The notes beneath the pieces were generated by a model that saw only the letters and a program-made list of their open reading frames with translations, made no database searches and was not told the DNA's origin. A stretch of DNA of 57,549 nt from Tubiluchus corallicola (taxonomy: Eukaryota > Animalia > Priapulida). Each line of letters begins with the position of its first letter. The first letter of the stretch is position 1. This document shows positions 1 through 12,560 of this stretch, one piece after another. Position numbers and translations under genes: made by a program. The stretch covers positions 1 through 57,549 of the forward strand of contig JAQGDQ010001172.1 of assembly GCA_030141605.1 (NCBI GenBank), given 5' to 3'.

Positions 1-1968
1 TTAATAATAAAACCTTCAAGGTCAAGTTCAATGTTAAACTTTGTTCCCAAGAAATCCGTTTCAGTCGTCAGTTGTTCGTCCATGTCATAGTGGTCATATT
101 TGGACATGCGTCCGTTTGCTTGTCCATGACTGTTAGTCTGTTGCGAGGATGGTCAGTTATTGAGTGGCATGGTCAATCGATAGGACAGCCAGTCAACGAG
201 AATATCGGTTATTCAATTTCTTAATTAGTTAATCAATCAATCAGCTGTTCAATATATCAGTCAAGACTCAGCTAGTCAATCGGCTTGTCAGTCAGCCAGT
301 CCTTCTGTTAGTCAGTCAGTCAGTCAGTCAGTCAGTCAGTCAGTCAGTCAGTCAGTCAGTCAGTCAGTCAGTCAGTCAGTCAGTCAGTCAGTCAGTCAGT
401 CAGTCAGTCAGTCAGTCAGTAATCAGTCAGTTAACTAGTTAGTTAACCATAATCAGTTCATGAATCGGTCAATCAGCCAGTCAGTCAGTCGACTGTCATT
501 TAGCTGCATATCAAGCTAATCAGCCATCAGCTAGCCAGCTTATCTAAGCAAGTATGCATCCAATCTCAACTGACCAATCAGCCAACCAGCTAAGTAAACA
601 ATGACCATTTATGAGATCATCAATGGACATCAAGCCTTTTCCCCTGCCACATGAACACAGCAATAGCAAAGCGACTGCAATAGCAGCTGCTGTGACAGTA
701 AAAATCAAAACAGCAGCAGCAGCAATAATAACACTAAGAACAACGCCAACAGCAGTAGTAATAACAACAAGATCCACAACGGTTTTTTTGTATATTGATC
801 ACAATAGTTTGGTCATATCAGGTTGGTCACAGTTTGTTGGTCGTAATTTATTAGGTCTAGCCCAATTATGTTGACCACAGTAGGTTGATCACAGAATGTT
901 GAGCACAATAGTTTCGTCACAAATTGTTAGTCACTAAAAGTTGGTCACATTATTTTGGACACAAGAAGTTGCTTAGTCACAATACGTTGGTCACAATATG
1001 TTGGTCACAGTATGTTGGTTATTCTGTGTTGGTCTTGGTTTGTTGGTCAGAAAAATGGTCACTAGTCACTGGTTCAAACATTTTGAAATTTGATCAATAT
1101 TTGTTGAGTTTTAAGGTGGTGATAATTTTAGTAGACTTATTACAGATCTGCAAATGCAGCTCGTAGCAATAATGAAACTGCTGTTGTTGTTGTGGATCTT
1201 GTTGTTATTACTACTGCTGTTGGCGTTGTTCTTAGTGTTATTATTGCTGCTGCTGCTGTTTTGATTTTTACTGTCACAGCAGCTGCTATTGCAGTCGCTT
1301 TGCTATTGCTGTGTTCATGTGGCAGGGGAAAAGGCTTGATGTCCATTGATGATCTCATAAATGGTCATTGTTTACTTAGCTGGTTGGCTGATTGGTCAGT
1401 TGAGATTGGATGCATACTTGCTTAGATAAGCTGGCTAGCTGATGGCTGATTAGCTTGATATGCAGCTAAATGACAGTCGACTGACTGACTGGCTGATTGA
1501 CCGATTCATGAACTGATTATGGTTAACTAACTAGTTAACTGACTGATTACTGACTGACTGACTGACTGACTGACTGACTGACTGACTGACTGACTGACTG
1601 ACTGACTGACTGACTGACTGACTGACTGACTGACTGACTGACTGACTGACTGACTGACTAACAGAAGGACTGGCTGACTGACAAGCCGATTGACTAGCTG
1701 AGTCTTGACTGATATATTGAACAGCTGATTGATTGATTAACTAATTAAGAAATTGAATAACCGATATTCTCGTTGACTGGCTGTCCTATCGATTGACCAT
1801 GCCACTCAATAACTGACCATCCTCGCAACAGACTAACAGTCATGGACAAGCAAACGGACGCATGTCCAAATATGACCACTATGACATGGACGAACAACTG
1901 ACGACTGAAACGGATTTCTTGGGAACAAAGTTTAACATTGAACTTGACCTTGAAGGTTTTATTATTAA
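1..1968. repeat. Long perfect inverted repeat: arms 1-780 and 1189-1968, 408-bp spacer; left arm is cut by the window start
   Basis: Position i pairs with 1969-i at every point checked, including equal length of the (CAGT)n tract (309-420 vs 1549-1660); mirrored ORFs 544..777(-)/1192..1425(+) are identical. Confidence 0.97.
795..1075. repeat. Degenerate ~14-15-bp tandem repeat (TTGGTCACAATATG-like) in the palindrome spacer
   Basis: Recurrent TTGGTCACA/TTGATCACA/TTAGTCAC at about 15-bp spacing. Confidence 0.7.
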
Positions 1969-2623
1969 GTGAAAATCTGCCTTACGGCTGGCAAGTAAAT
2001 ATTGAAGCATTAAGCGGTTTGAATGGCTTCTCATACGGTATGCAGTAGTTCAAGCTACATTTACTGTACGTCATGGTTGTTAACATTGAATAATTAATTT
2101 CACGGTGTTAATTGCAAACTGGCAAAGTTTTAAATACTACAGACGGATGGCGGACCTTCTTAATCAATAATCCATTTCCATTCGTATTTTCTGATTACCC
2201 AGCACCATATTATAACCTTATATAACGTAATATAACTTTATTACAGTTATTTGCGAGATAAATACTCGATTGCAACTGCTGGTAGTGGTAAATGTCGCAC
2301 ACTTGGCTTGGCTTTGGCATATAGTTCATTTCGCACATAGTATGACCACTATACATGGCTACGACAGTTAAGCAGCGCCCGACCTAATTACTGATACTGG
2401 TTATTATTCCTCTATTAAAAGGATGGGCGACTACAGGGAAAACTGAGTGATCACAATGGAAAGCCTTTCATCCTGGTTTCATAAGCCATATTACCTTTTC
2501 TTTCATTGAGGAAGGATTTGAAAGTGGCATAGATGCCTCAATTTGCAACATGATTTTTGAATAGAAATTTACTTTTTCCTTGGATCCATGAAAAACATGA
2601 TGCTTACATGTTATTTCCATTAA

Positions 2624-2810
2624 AAGAAGACAAGATGATTTTTCATATACTACTCCCTTTTTCAATCGGATAAAAGTAGACATTTTAACACAATTAATAC
2701 TGCTAAAGCGTTGTTCATCATTATAATTAGTAATTAGATTAGATTAGTAATTATAATTGTAAAGGGTGGATTGTTTTGACTCACAGTTTAAGATTGGGTC
2801 CGGATTTGAT
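2624..2810 (-). mobile_element. Kolobok-type MITE, internally deleted copy
   Basis: Both termini match the 37623-38214 family; TTAA at 2620-2623. Confidence 0.7.
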
Positions 2811-3059
2811 TTATGTCCAAGTGTTAGTATAAAAGTGAAAACACAAGAAAATAAAATACAAACTATTAAAAATGCTGTAGATCACTAATATTAAGTACCG
2901 GTACAAATTAAATAATAACAACATAAATTAGCATTTTCAATTTTTACAAGCATTTGAAAATCTGGCTATGGCACTGATTCACTTTTCAAATTTTACTGGA
3001 CAAAACAATAAAATTCTTAGTTTGTTACTGACAAGTTTAGGGAAATGTTTAATGCGATT

Positions 3060-3553
3060 TCTTGCCGAGAGATGTCACTGTTCTCGGCCTTGACCTAGCT
3101 TCCGTAGAAACTTGATAACAACGCAGCAGATAACTTACGCGTTGCAGCTGACACGCCACAAGATGTTTATAGAAGCTGCACCACGCAACTAAGACGCCGC
3201 AAGTTGTTATTCTAGAAGTTGATCTCGCATATATACATTTGGTAACACTGAGTTTATTGGGGAGAATTGGGGTAGATCCTTGCTTCTTCAGTCAAGCAAA
3301 TGTTGCCTCAGCAAGGGCTTATCCTTTCAACGATCAGCCCTTCACTGTTGTAAGCCACAAGGTGCATCGTGCAGCCAGCTGTGAACTGGAGAACCACAGA
3401 ATAGGTAATAGAGGGTAAGCTATGATCACACTGTGATGAACCCAGCTGTAACTGTGCATGAGCCCGTTTGCGAGACGGGAGCGACAGGTAGATCCGATCT
3501 CCGAACTCGACCTTATGATGTTCTGAACCATCGGCTTCGACCTAGACAATAGC
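3060..3553 (+). mobile_element. Possible decayed Gypsy-like pol 3' end
   Basis: CpG-richer island; broken frames read PFNDQPFTVV and ...YDVLNHRLRPRQ*, reminiscent of post-integrase tails; weak. Confidence 0.25.
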
Positions 3554-4223
3554 GCCACTCGATGATATTTACTTTTGACATGAAACAGTTAATAAAGACA
3601 GCAACGATATGTCGCGTTCGATCTCTGAAATCCGAGTTTATTTCTTTTTTAATTTATAACTATAGGCGTGAAGTTAGGTATAATGCGGTTGGAATTTTCA
3701 CTTTAAGAAAACCCATTTACTTTTTTAGATAAGGTTGCCAATTTCTATCCTGCCGCTGCTCACGCTATTTATGATATAAAGTGACTTAAAATATCTAACT
3801 AAAATGTAAAACCATTTTTAATAGTATAAGGTTAGTACAACTATTTTATTTTACATACTAATGTGATCCACCTGTGATAAATTCTTGAAAAAAATGATGG
3901 ATTGTAGATTTTATTATCTTCTGCAGTTTTTGTATGAATCATTGTATTTATAGTCAATAAACTATGTACTACTACTAACCAATGCGCTTGTTTTAAAAGT
4001 ATATTTCTGATCATTTTTTGTCTCGGTATTCTTCTTAAACTGTGCATTTTTACTGTACATCGTTAGTACCATCGTTTTGAATTTACTTGAACTTTGTATG
4101 TGTTTTAATGTTGTTTTTCATGTTTTGTTTTTACGTATTCACCAACTTTTAGAGTTCCTCTTTTGAATGACCTTAACTTTGACCTTAATCTAACTTTTAA
4201 ATTACCTTAACTTTTAAGTTAAG

Positions 4224-4745
4224 CATCAGAAGGAAATTGAGGGTTTTTAAAAACGTCTTTATAGGAAACTACTCGATATAAAATGGCCTGACAGAATATC
4301 CAATGATGATCCGTATAAAGTGGTCACGAAGAATTCTTGGAGTAAACAAATACAAATAAAAGGATTGCATTGGATTGGGCATGCACTAAGATTACCTCGA
4401 GAATCTCCTGTTCCTATAGCAGTACGTAAAGCTCTTGAAACGACAAAAAGCCGAGAGGAGGTCAGCTACTGACATATATAGATTTTTAACGGAAATGGTG
4501 CTGACAAGCCCCTGGCGTAGCAGTGTCTAGTTTTTTGCTGGATTACTGCTGCGTTTACCTGTCTGAAGGCAGATTTCTTTTATTTTAGAATTCTGCCTGC
4601 CCATTGTCTACTATAGACGTGACGGGCGTATGATGATGACGATGATATATAGATTTATTACAAAAATACTGAGTAAACGCAACTCTAGATTTGAGGGACG
4701 ATGCATCATGGGCGGTAACAGCAGACAGGAATGGCATCAATCGGG
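4224..4745 (+). mobile_element. RTE-clade LINE C-terminal fragment, interrupted by a short retroposon
   Basis: Translation RKLLDIKWPDRISNDDPY...LHWIGHALRLPRESP...ADR matches the RTE C-terminal pattern (W.DRISN, RW.GH..R); contains a stop and a frameshift. Confidence 0.85.
4486..4644 (+). mobile_element. ~160-bp short retroposon (SINE/LINE 3' end) with (GAT)n tail
   Basis: 12-bp TSD ATATATAGATTT (4474-4485, 4645-4656); second copy at 10656-10805. Confidence 0.88.
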
Positions 4746-5399
4746 ATGACGTGTTTTCTGAAAACGTAACAGCATCGAAACGAGATTCCCTCTAAACTGA
4801 TTACTTGCAACAACCCAAAGCTTACGTTCCTCCTCCTCCCGAGGTTGATTTACACTAACCCTTCGTCAATGTATTATTTTTATTGCTGTTCTGAAATGTG
4901 TGTATCTATTTTGACAAAGTATATAATGTGTATGTTTGTACAAATCAGCCAAATAAAAAAAATCCAAATAAAAAATAAATAAATAAAAAATTCATGAAAT
5001 TCGCCTTCAGACAGGTAAGCACAATGTTCAGTAGCATAACTTCGCATGGAAATATCTTTGGGATGCACTTTAGAATTCCCTTTTCTTTAACTGTATAAGT
5101 CTACAGGCTTAGTTACAACACTAATGTGTCAAGACGTAGCCTAAAAGTACATAAAATGTCGAATTGCAAATTAATATAATTAATTAATTGTAATCTACAT
5201 TCATTGTACGATCAGCTTTTTGGAAGATTGTAATCATTGATAAGTTGTAGTAAACTCAGACTGGCTAATTCTGTTATTGTTAGCACGCATGCGTGCAAAA
5301 CGAACAGCAAATTACGAATTTCTGGTAACGCGCTTTAAGCTGCGCAAATTAAAATCGGCGCATGTTCTGGTTTTGATTCTTCCATTCATTCGTCATTTT

Positions 5400-5815
5400 T
5401 CCATTTTGTTCTTTATTTGCTAATGCCATTCTTTCTTTGTTTCTTGCTTGTTCACTCCTTTATTTCATTCACCGTCTTTTCTTTCTTCATCAAGTTATTC
5501 TATCCGTCAATTTTTGTCCTTTCTTCCTTGCTTCTTTTTTCTTACTTTTTGTCTCATCTTTCGTTATTTCTTTCTTATTTCATTATTTTCCCTGACCCGT
5601 TTCATTTTTTCTTGTCCTTTCTTAGCTGTATCCTTCCCATTTATGCTATTTTAACCTTTTTATTGTTATTTCTACCCTCTTTTCCTTCCCTTTTATTTTC
5701 TGTCTTCCCATATCTGATTATATATTTCCATTTATGCTATTTTAACCTTTTTATTGTCACTTCTACTCTCTTTTTTCCCTTTTATTTTCTGTCTTCCCAT
5801 ATCTGATTTTATATA
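5400..5815. repeat. Pyrimidine-rich low-complexity tract with ~91-bp tandem duplication
   Basis: CATTTATGCTATTTTAACCTTTTTATTGT and TCTTCCCATATCTGATT each occur twice about 91 bp apart. Confidence 0.75.
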
Positions 5816-6613
5816 TCATAGTTTCTCTAACTTTATTTTGGGTGAAAGACGTCGTACTTTTCAAGAATAATCAAACTTTCGATTGAGCTAAATGATTAAT
5901 TCATTAATTATCTGCTAATGAGATAATTAAAAACTAGAACACGTTTTGTCATCTGAACACATCAAACATGAGGACACTCATTACTTTAGCTAATGAGCAG
6001 CCATTTAGAACATCGATGAAATCTTTAGGCTTATTTATTTTTTAAATAACCATTTTTTACTTATATCATTTATTGGTACTCTTATGTGGTACAACAAATG
6101 CAGAACAAACAACACATGATAAGACAAACAACACATGAAAGACAAACGGCACTGAATGCTACGTAAAAAATGACACGGTTTCGCGAACGTAAGGCATGGT
6201 ATTGAGTGCCACAAAAGTCACGATTTTCTAGTGATGACGTCATGCTTCACCTTGGTTATATAGGATTATATTAGTTATATATAATATTTTAGGGGTTACA
6301 AATTTCATGATCAAGATCGTAGTCCTCTCCCGGGGGGGGGGGTCTATAGCTTACTCTAATTTACCTTCTCTACATTTTATTTAATTTAGATTGACTTTTT
6401 CATCTGAACGTATCTTTTGTAAAGGAAATGAGTAAATTAATTATTATTACAACTGAAAACCACAATGAGTGCTTTTCTAATAAATTGTCTGTTAAATACA
6501 TTTCTACGGTATTTGAAGCAACAGCAGCTGCAATTTATTTTGATTAATTTTTACCTAATATTGATTTTAAAGTGACATGTAAACTAACTACGCCTCAGTT
6601 GAATTATTCTCAA

Positions 6614-6706
6614 ATGATGATGATGATGATGATGATGATGATGGTGATGACGATGATGATGACGGCGACGACGACGACGACGATGATGATTACATTATTA
6701 TTATTG
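6614..6706. repeat. Compound microsatellite (GAT)n(GAC)n(TTA)n
   Basis: Direct reading. Confidence 0.95.
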
Positions 6707-6767
6707 TTTTATTTTAAAATATATTTACATAAATTGGCCTCTAGTTGCAGACAATTTTTTTACTTCA

Positions 6768-7301
6768 AGGAAAGCCAGACTCTCTTTTAACTACAGCTCA
6801 AAACAATTTCATCTATAAAATATTGAGAGAAAACACATTCTTTTTTCAAGAATAACTTAAGCGAATGAATTGTTAGCGCAAAAATTTAATTTCGCGTGCG
6901 CGAGGCTAATTCTTCGCTGTTACATGCATTTCGCCTTTTGCTAGTTAGACGTGCACTAGCGCCTGCACCTCGGAAACACATTGCACAAAAACAGGTGTTG
7001 TACCTCTCAGTTCACAGGTGTTCAGTTGTGCACACGTTCGAGAACCTCATGCGTGAGCACAACAGTAAACTTAAATTTAAAATTTGCAAAGTTTCAATTT
7101 TCGATTTGGTAAACATGGAATGTTCGTGCTGTTTAAAATTATGTTCACAGGTGATGACATCTTCACCTGGGCTCGTTAATTGAGTTTCTAATCTGTTATT
7201 TACATATTAGATACACGTTGGCCTTATTATAGGTTTTAAACTATATAGTTTTTGCCGTATTTCAAAATGGGGTAATATATAAAAAATGATCCTGTCTTCT
7301 T
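6768..7301 (+). mobile_element. Kolobok-type MITE
   Basis: Collinear with 37623-38214; ends CCTGTCTTCTT|TTAA. Confidence 0.8.
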
Positions 7302-7837
7302 TTAATTATAAGTATACATACATAAGCTGGTACACTAATAATACTATGTTAAATTTACGTATAGCTAATACGATGTTACTAAGATTGTCAAAAATCAAAG
7401 CCAGGAAAATACGTTTGCCGCTATTAAAATCATTACGCAATATGCAAAATCTCTAATTAACCTCTGGTATTTATCATGATCATTAGAGAGAATTTTTGCA
7501 TCTAAAAGAGCACATCTAGGCCTTGTTTGCATTTGAGCTGTCATTGAAAATCCAAGCACAGTAACAATGTGAACTAATATATACTGATGTTTTAAAAATT
7601 TAGATCTTACAGTATATACAAATGCCCCAATTAAAGGTTTCTTTCTTAGTTATAAATGTGGGAAATAGTGCCGTCTGGTAATTCCCTTTTGTTATTTATT
7701 CTCTTTCCTTGGCTTACTAGGTCACAGTGGAGTAATTATAAACATTAGCAGCAAAATGGCATTTTATAAATTTATAGCGTCTTGACTGTTTAATTGTCAC
7801 TAAGTCACATCACAATAATTATATTGACGACTCTTAA

Positions 7838-8412
7838 GGGAAGACACGATGACTTTTTCATAACCTATCCCGTTTTCAAGCCCGATAAAAAGTATACATA
7901 TTAACACAATTAATACTGTAAAAGCGTTTCTGATAATTAAATTATAGATTAAAAACTTAATTAACGGCGGGCGAACCCAACTATTAATGACACCACAAAC
8001 TAACAATTTTCAACAGCAAAAGTATTCTACGAGCGTGTTGTGCATGTTTGTGAAAGCGAAAATTGAAGTACAGTGCAACTGTAATATATTCATGGTGCTG
8101 TACTAAAACTAGGCAAGTTTTAAGATAAACATTCAAATTTCAAATTTGCCGCTGTGCTCAAGCATGAGCTGTCGAACGTGTAAAGTTCGTCACAAACTAA
8201 CACATCCGAAATGCAGACACTAGTGCACGTCTAACTAGTGAATGGCGAAATGCATGTAACAGCGAAGAACTAGTGGCGCGTACGTGAAATTGTGTTTGTG
8301 TGGTAAATTCGTTCACGCAAGTCATTTTTGAAAAAAAATAATGTGTTTCCTTTCGATATTTTAAAGAGTAGATTGTTATGACCTAAAGTTTAAGATTGGA
8401 TCCGGTTTTGCT
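7838..8412 (-). mobile_element. Kolobok-type MITE, full length
   Basis: TTAA|GGGAAGACACG...CCGGTTTTGCT|TTAA. Confidence 0.85.
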
Positions 8413-8876
8413 TTAAGTAATAAAATACGCTTTTAAATTTCTGTCAACTATTACACGTAAAGTGACGTCACAGTTGCGTCACAACTCTGTCAACACAAAA
8501 CCCCAAAAATTTGCGCTATTTTGTTAAACCTTACAGGCCTCTAAGCCCTTTTAGCCTAATAGCTTCTATTTTTCGCCTGAAAAGTTCTACAGAAATGCCT
8601 TTCTTAATGTGAAAAGTCGCAAAGAAAACCTTTTGACATTATGGAGACGCAGCGGTAGCCACCATTCACTTGGGAAAATTATGACGTAACTGGGAGACTT
8701 TTCGTAATCCCATCTGGCTTTCCGTAAGCTTGCGCTCTTTAAACTCATTCAAACTTCTGCAGCTTACCTGATGTTTATTGCAGAAATATCACAAAATTAC
8801 CTGTCTAATTTTTTTGATAAAACTTATGATACTTTTAACGAATATTGACAGTGCACTATACTTTTCTTCAGGACAA

Positions 8877-9010
8877 ATGACGTCATTGGAAGAAAAATTG
8901 TCATTAGAAATGGGAGCGTCCAAGCATGAAATGATCGCGACTTTAAAGTGATTTTACTAATTACACGAGGCGCTTTTAGCAGTGTTATTACTAAATCCTC
9001 CTAACATTTT
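8877..9010 (+). repeat. Dispersed repeat fragment; inverted homologue at 13213-13340
   Basis: ACGTCATTGGAAGAAAAA...CCAAGCATGAA...TTACACGAGGCGCTT...TTACTAAATCC is matched in reverse complement at 13213-13340. Confidence 0.8.
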
Positions 9011-10655
9011 TCGCGAACATTGAAATAAGTCTAACTTTCAGAAGTTTTGGTCTTTCCTTTAAAGATTTCCAGGAATATTTTCCTGACTCTAAACGTCAAT
9101 TATTATTTGCTTATTTCGAAGTCGCGTGCCTTTCTTATTCAGAAGAAATGAAGGTGAATTGCGAAAGTAAATTTCCTAGTAAGTACCTAATCAACACGGG
9201 AAATCTTCTTTGTTGTCGCTATCATAATAAAAATTGATGTGATTTTCGTTCAGGTATATTCCTGGAAAATTCCCAAGCGTGAAGTTAATCGTTCTCAATT
9301 TGAAATTTTCAAAGACAGCTTCTTGCTTCCAGCTGCAACTAATGCCTCAAGAGGTGTTACGTAATAACGTGGGTTGAAAAATGTGAAATCTTGATCAGAT
9401 TTCACAACTAGCGTGTCACGTGTTCCGCTAAAAACGTTTTCAGATCAAAATTGAAGAAAAGTGGGATTAACTCAACCTAACCCTGGAGAAACGAAACATA
9501 AACTATCTTCAAACTTTACGGCAACACATTTAAGGCGGCAGATAAGAAAACAAGTTTTTCGCTATTAAGCAACATGGGAATTCTTCGAATTGTTTTGCCT
9601 TAAGCTAGAAAAAGAGCTGTAAACATATGTTACACTCTTGTGCCTTCTAGTTTTTTATACGTATTTTAAATATTTGTTTGAAGGAGCACTACTGAATGAT
9701 AGATTGACGAATCAGGTTCAAGTTTTATTGTTTGAATGGTCTAGTACACAAATTGATAGTTTATGTGACAGTTTTTTAAGTTTCAAAGAAATTTTGTTTC
9801 ATTTTTGTGTGACTTGTATCACGTTCAATTTTTGCAACAGACCACAAACAGTTCCACTTTTGTGTCCTCTATATTTTAACGCACCACATGCAATTTCTTG
9901 CTGACATGATATTTTAGGACAGATATTTATACGAGCCATAATGTTTCTGAAAGAAATTTTGATATTTTACAGCTCCTTGTGCTTTTTGTGTCGTATGTTT
10001 TGTGCACATTGAATTTTTATCCGTACTTTCTCATTAAAGTTATTCCAATTAGCGTTATTCAGAGAATTAAGTCCTATTTTTCTGGGAACAAATCTTTATT
10101 AATGTTTTATGTTTTTCTAGTGATAACCGTGACGTAAACTGTTTGATTCCTTTACTGTTTTGCTCTGTATTGCACCGTATTACGTGCTTATACAATACTG
10201 GAAGTGGTCCTTTTAGAGCTGAAGATCAATTGACATTCAATTTAATGATTTTTTTATTTGGCTGATTTGCATTACAAAACATTGCAGCTATATACACAAT
10301 GATAATAATAATAATACGATAATAAAAACAGGTACAAATCAGCCTCGAGGAGAATAGGAGCGTGAGCTTTCGAGACTCACCTCAAGACTGCGCAAACACA
10401 TGCAGACAGAGAAATTCATACAAAATATCTCTAAGTTAAAACCATATTCAGTTACAAAAACAATTAATGATAATAATACAGACAAATGAGATTAGAGGTA
10501 CTGAAAAACGCCAATTCTCAGTACTTGGCGTTTGTAACTGACCCGTCAGGCAACGGGTTAGTAACAAATCAAATATATACTTTTTAAAACCTTGTAATTG
10601 AAATTCTTTTGCCTAAGGAGGAATTTAAGCCCATTGTTCCGGCATTTAATTTTTT

Positions 10656-10805
10656 CATCATCATCATCATTACGTCTACTGTAAACACAGGGCAGGCATA
10701 ATTCTAAAATAGAAGAAATCCGCCCTCAAGACAGGTAAACATAGTAGTAATCCACCAAAAAAACCAGACGCTGCTATGCCAGTGGCTTGTCAGCACCATT
10801 TCCGG
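10656..10805 (-). mobile_element. Short retroposon, second copy of the 4486-4644 family
   Basis: Reverse-complement similarity along its whole length; 11-bp TSD TTTAATTTTTT (10645-10655, 10806-10816). Confidence 0.88.
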
Positions 10806-11070
10806 TTTAATTTTTTAACATGCAAAAGTTTTTTACCAATAACGTAAAAACCGCTAAAACTATGAACTTCTAACTTTCTACTGCTAAAAGCCAACGTAAT
10901 GTAATATCACTCTTTGTATTTTCAATTTTGTAGTACAATTCTATATTTAATTGTTATTCCTGTTTTTGGATAAAAGTTCAATGACTGGGATCTGTGTATT
11001 TGTTATCTATAACGAATAAATACTATAATTTTATACTAAATAATTTTATTATCCATATTTGGCATATAAT

Positions 11071-11590
11071 CGCAGAACGATACAGAGATCTCATAGGTGC
11101 CAAGATGGGCCAGCCTTTGAAGCAAACAACGTCAAAATCTTAGCCAAAGGACAAAATTACCGTCAAATTCCTGTCAATACTTGAAACATTACACATAAAA
11201 CGTACTGGGGCTAAGTTAAACAGCAAAGATGAGTACATGCACTCTTTACTGCAGAAGTGCACTCGAGCTTGTACAACACCAACAGTGCATTGTGGGTTGT
11301 GGAATTCAGCAACAAAATGGCAGCTCCCTGATATTGACAGTTCTGCCACTACTAACATATTGGTTTGTTTGTTTGTTTGTGGAGTGTTACGTAGTTTCAT
11401 ACCAATCAAGATATGTAGTCTGTAAAGTAAATTGTTAAATTACCTATATAATGTTATATCATATATCTTTTGGCTATTAACTACTGAATTGTATTTCGAT
11501 GTTGTTTCTAAATTCTGGTAAATTTCTTTGTTTTAAATGCCTTGCTAATGAACAATTTTGCTAGAAGCCGGTCAGTAATAAAGTCCATGT
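11071..11590 (+). mobile_element. Penelope-like element family A, 5'-truncated 3' fragment with decayed hammerhead
   Basis: Collinear with 33151-33660; reads NFLSILETLHIKRTGAKLN (GIY-YIG C-terminal pattern). Confidence 0.85.
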
Positions 11591-11999
11591 TGATGTAAAA
11601 AACTTTATGCAACACATTTTGTCATAAGCCTACATAAAAGATAGAATAGATAGATAGAAGGGTAAACAATAAATTTCTGTCTATTCTATTATATCGGTCT
11701 ACTTGCATGTTATATGAAGATTACACCTTCAACATCTTATAACTGAATCAATAATCTTATCGTTCAAGTTGATGAGCAGTAAATATTGTGCGTGGCTTCG
11801 CTAACCTTTGTGGAAATATTATTAATAGTGTAAATAGAGGAACGCAGGGAGGGACGGTCCGTTGGGATTACAGATCTCTTAAGAAGGTTACATTCAGCTG
11901 AAGCGAGGTTCTTCAATATTAGAGCATACTGATTCTTATTTAGAGGTTAATAGTTTATGAAGCAGACAATCTTTAGTGCTGGCAGTCAATAGCGTTTAA

Positions 12000-12560
12000 A
12001 GGAAAACCGGACACAATTTTAGCTGTAGCTCAGTACATTCTACTCTATAAACTGATATTTTTTTGAAAATGAATTTACCATATTATTGTAAAATAGTGAA
12101 AGAATTGTTGCCACATTACCACACAAATGTAATTGCGTGCTTAAGTTCCACTCTGTTACATGCATTCGGTAATAAGATCTCGAAAACGTGTTGCACAAAA
12201 ATCAGGTACTCTACCTTCCAGTTCAGAGGTGTTTAGTTGTGACGTAATGCACAGGTTTAAGAGCTTATGCTAGAGGACAGTGGCAAACTTGAAATTTGGA
12301 TTTTAAACTTAACTGTTTTTGTTAAATTTCACTGTTAAACTTAAACTTAACCTAATTTTTATATCACACTGAATGTTGTACAGTAGCGCTGTACTTCAGT
12401 TTTCGCTTTCGCAGATACGTGCAATGCTCTATTGTAAACTCATGTTATGTTCAATTGTGATGTCAGTAACGGCTCGTCAACCATCAATTTGAAGCAATGC
12501 CATCACCACGTTACGGTCATCACAAATGCATCATCTTTAATTAAAAGTGCTTATTACATT
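12000..12560 (+). mobile_element. Kolobok-type MITE, diverged
   Basis: TTAA|AGGAAAACCGG start and internal similarity to the family; right end unclear. Confidence 0.65.

Noticed and set aside
1897-1925. CTGACGACTGAAAC as a hammerhead core
   Set aside because: Only two nucleotides between the boxes; no stem II
5417-5806. 129-aa hydrophobic F/L/S-rich ORF
   Set aside because: Translation of a pyrimidine-rich tract with a non-ATG start
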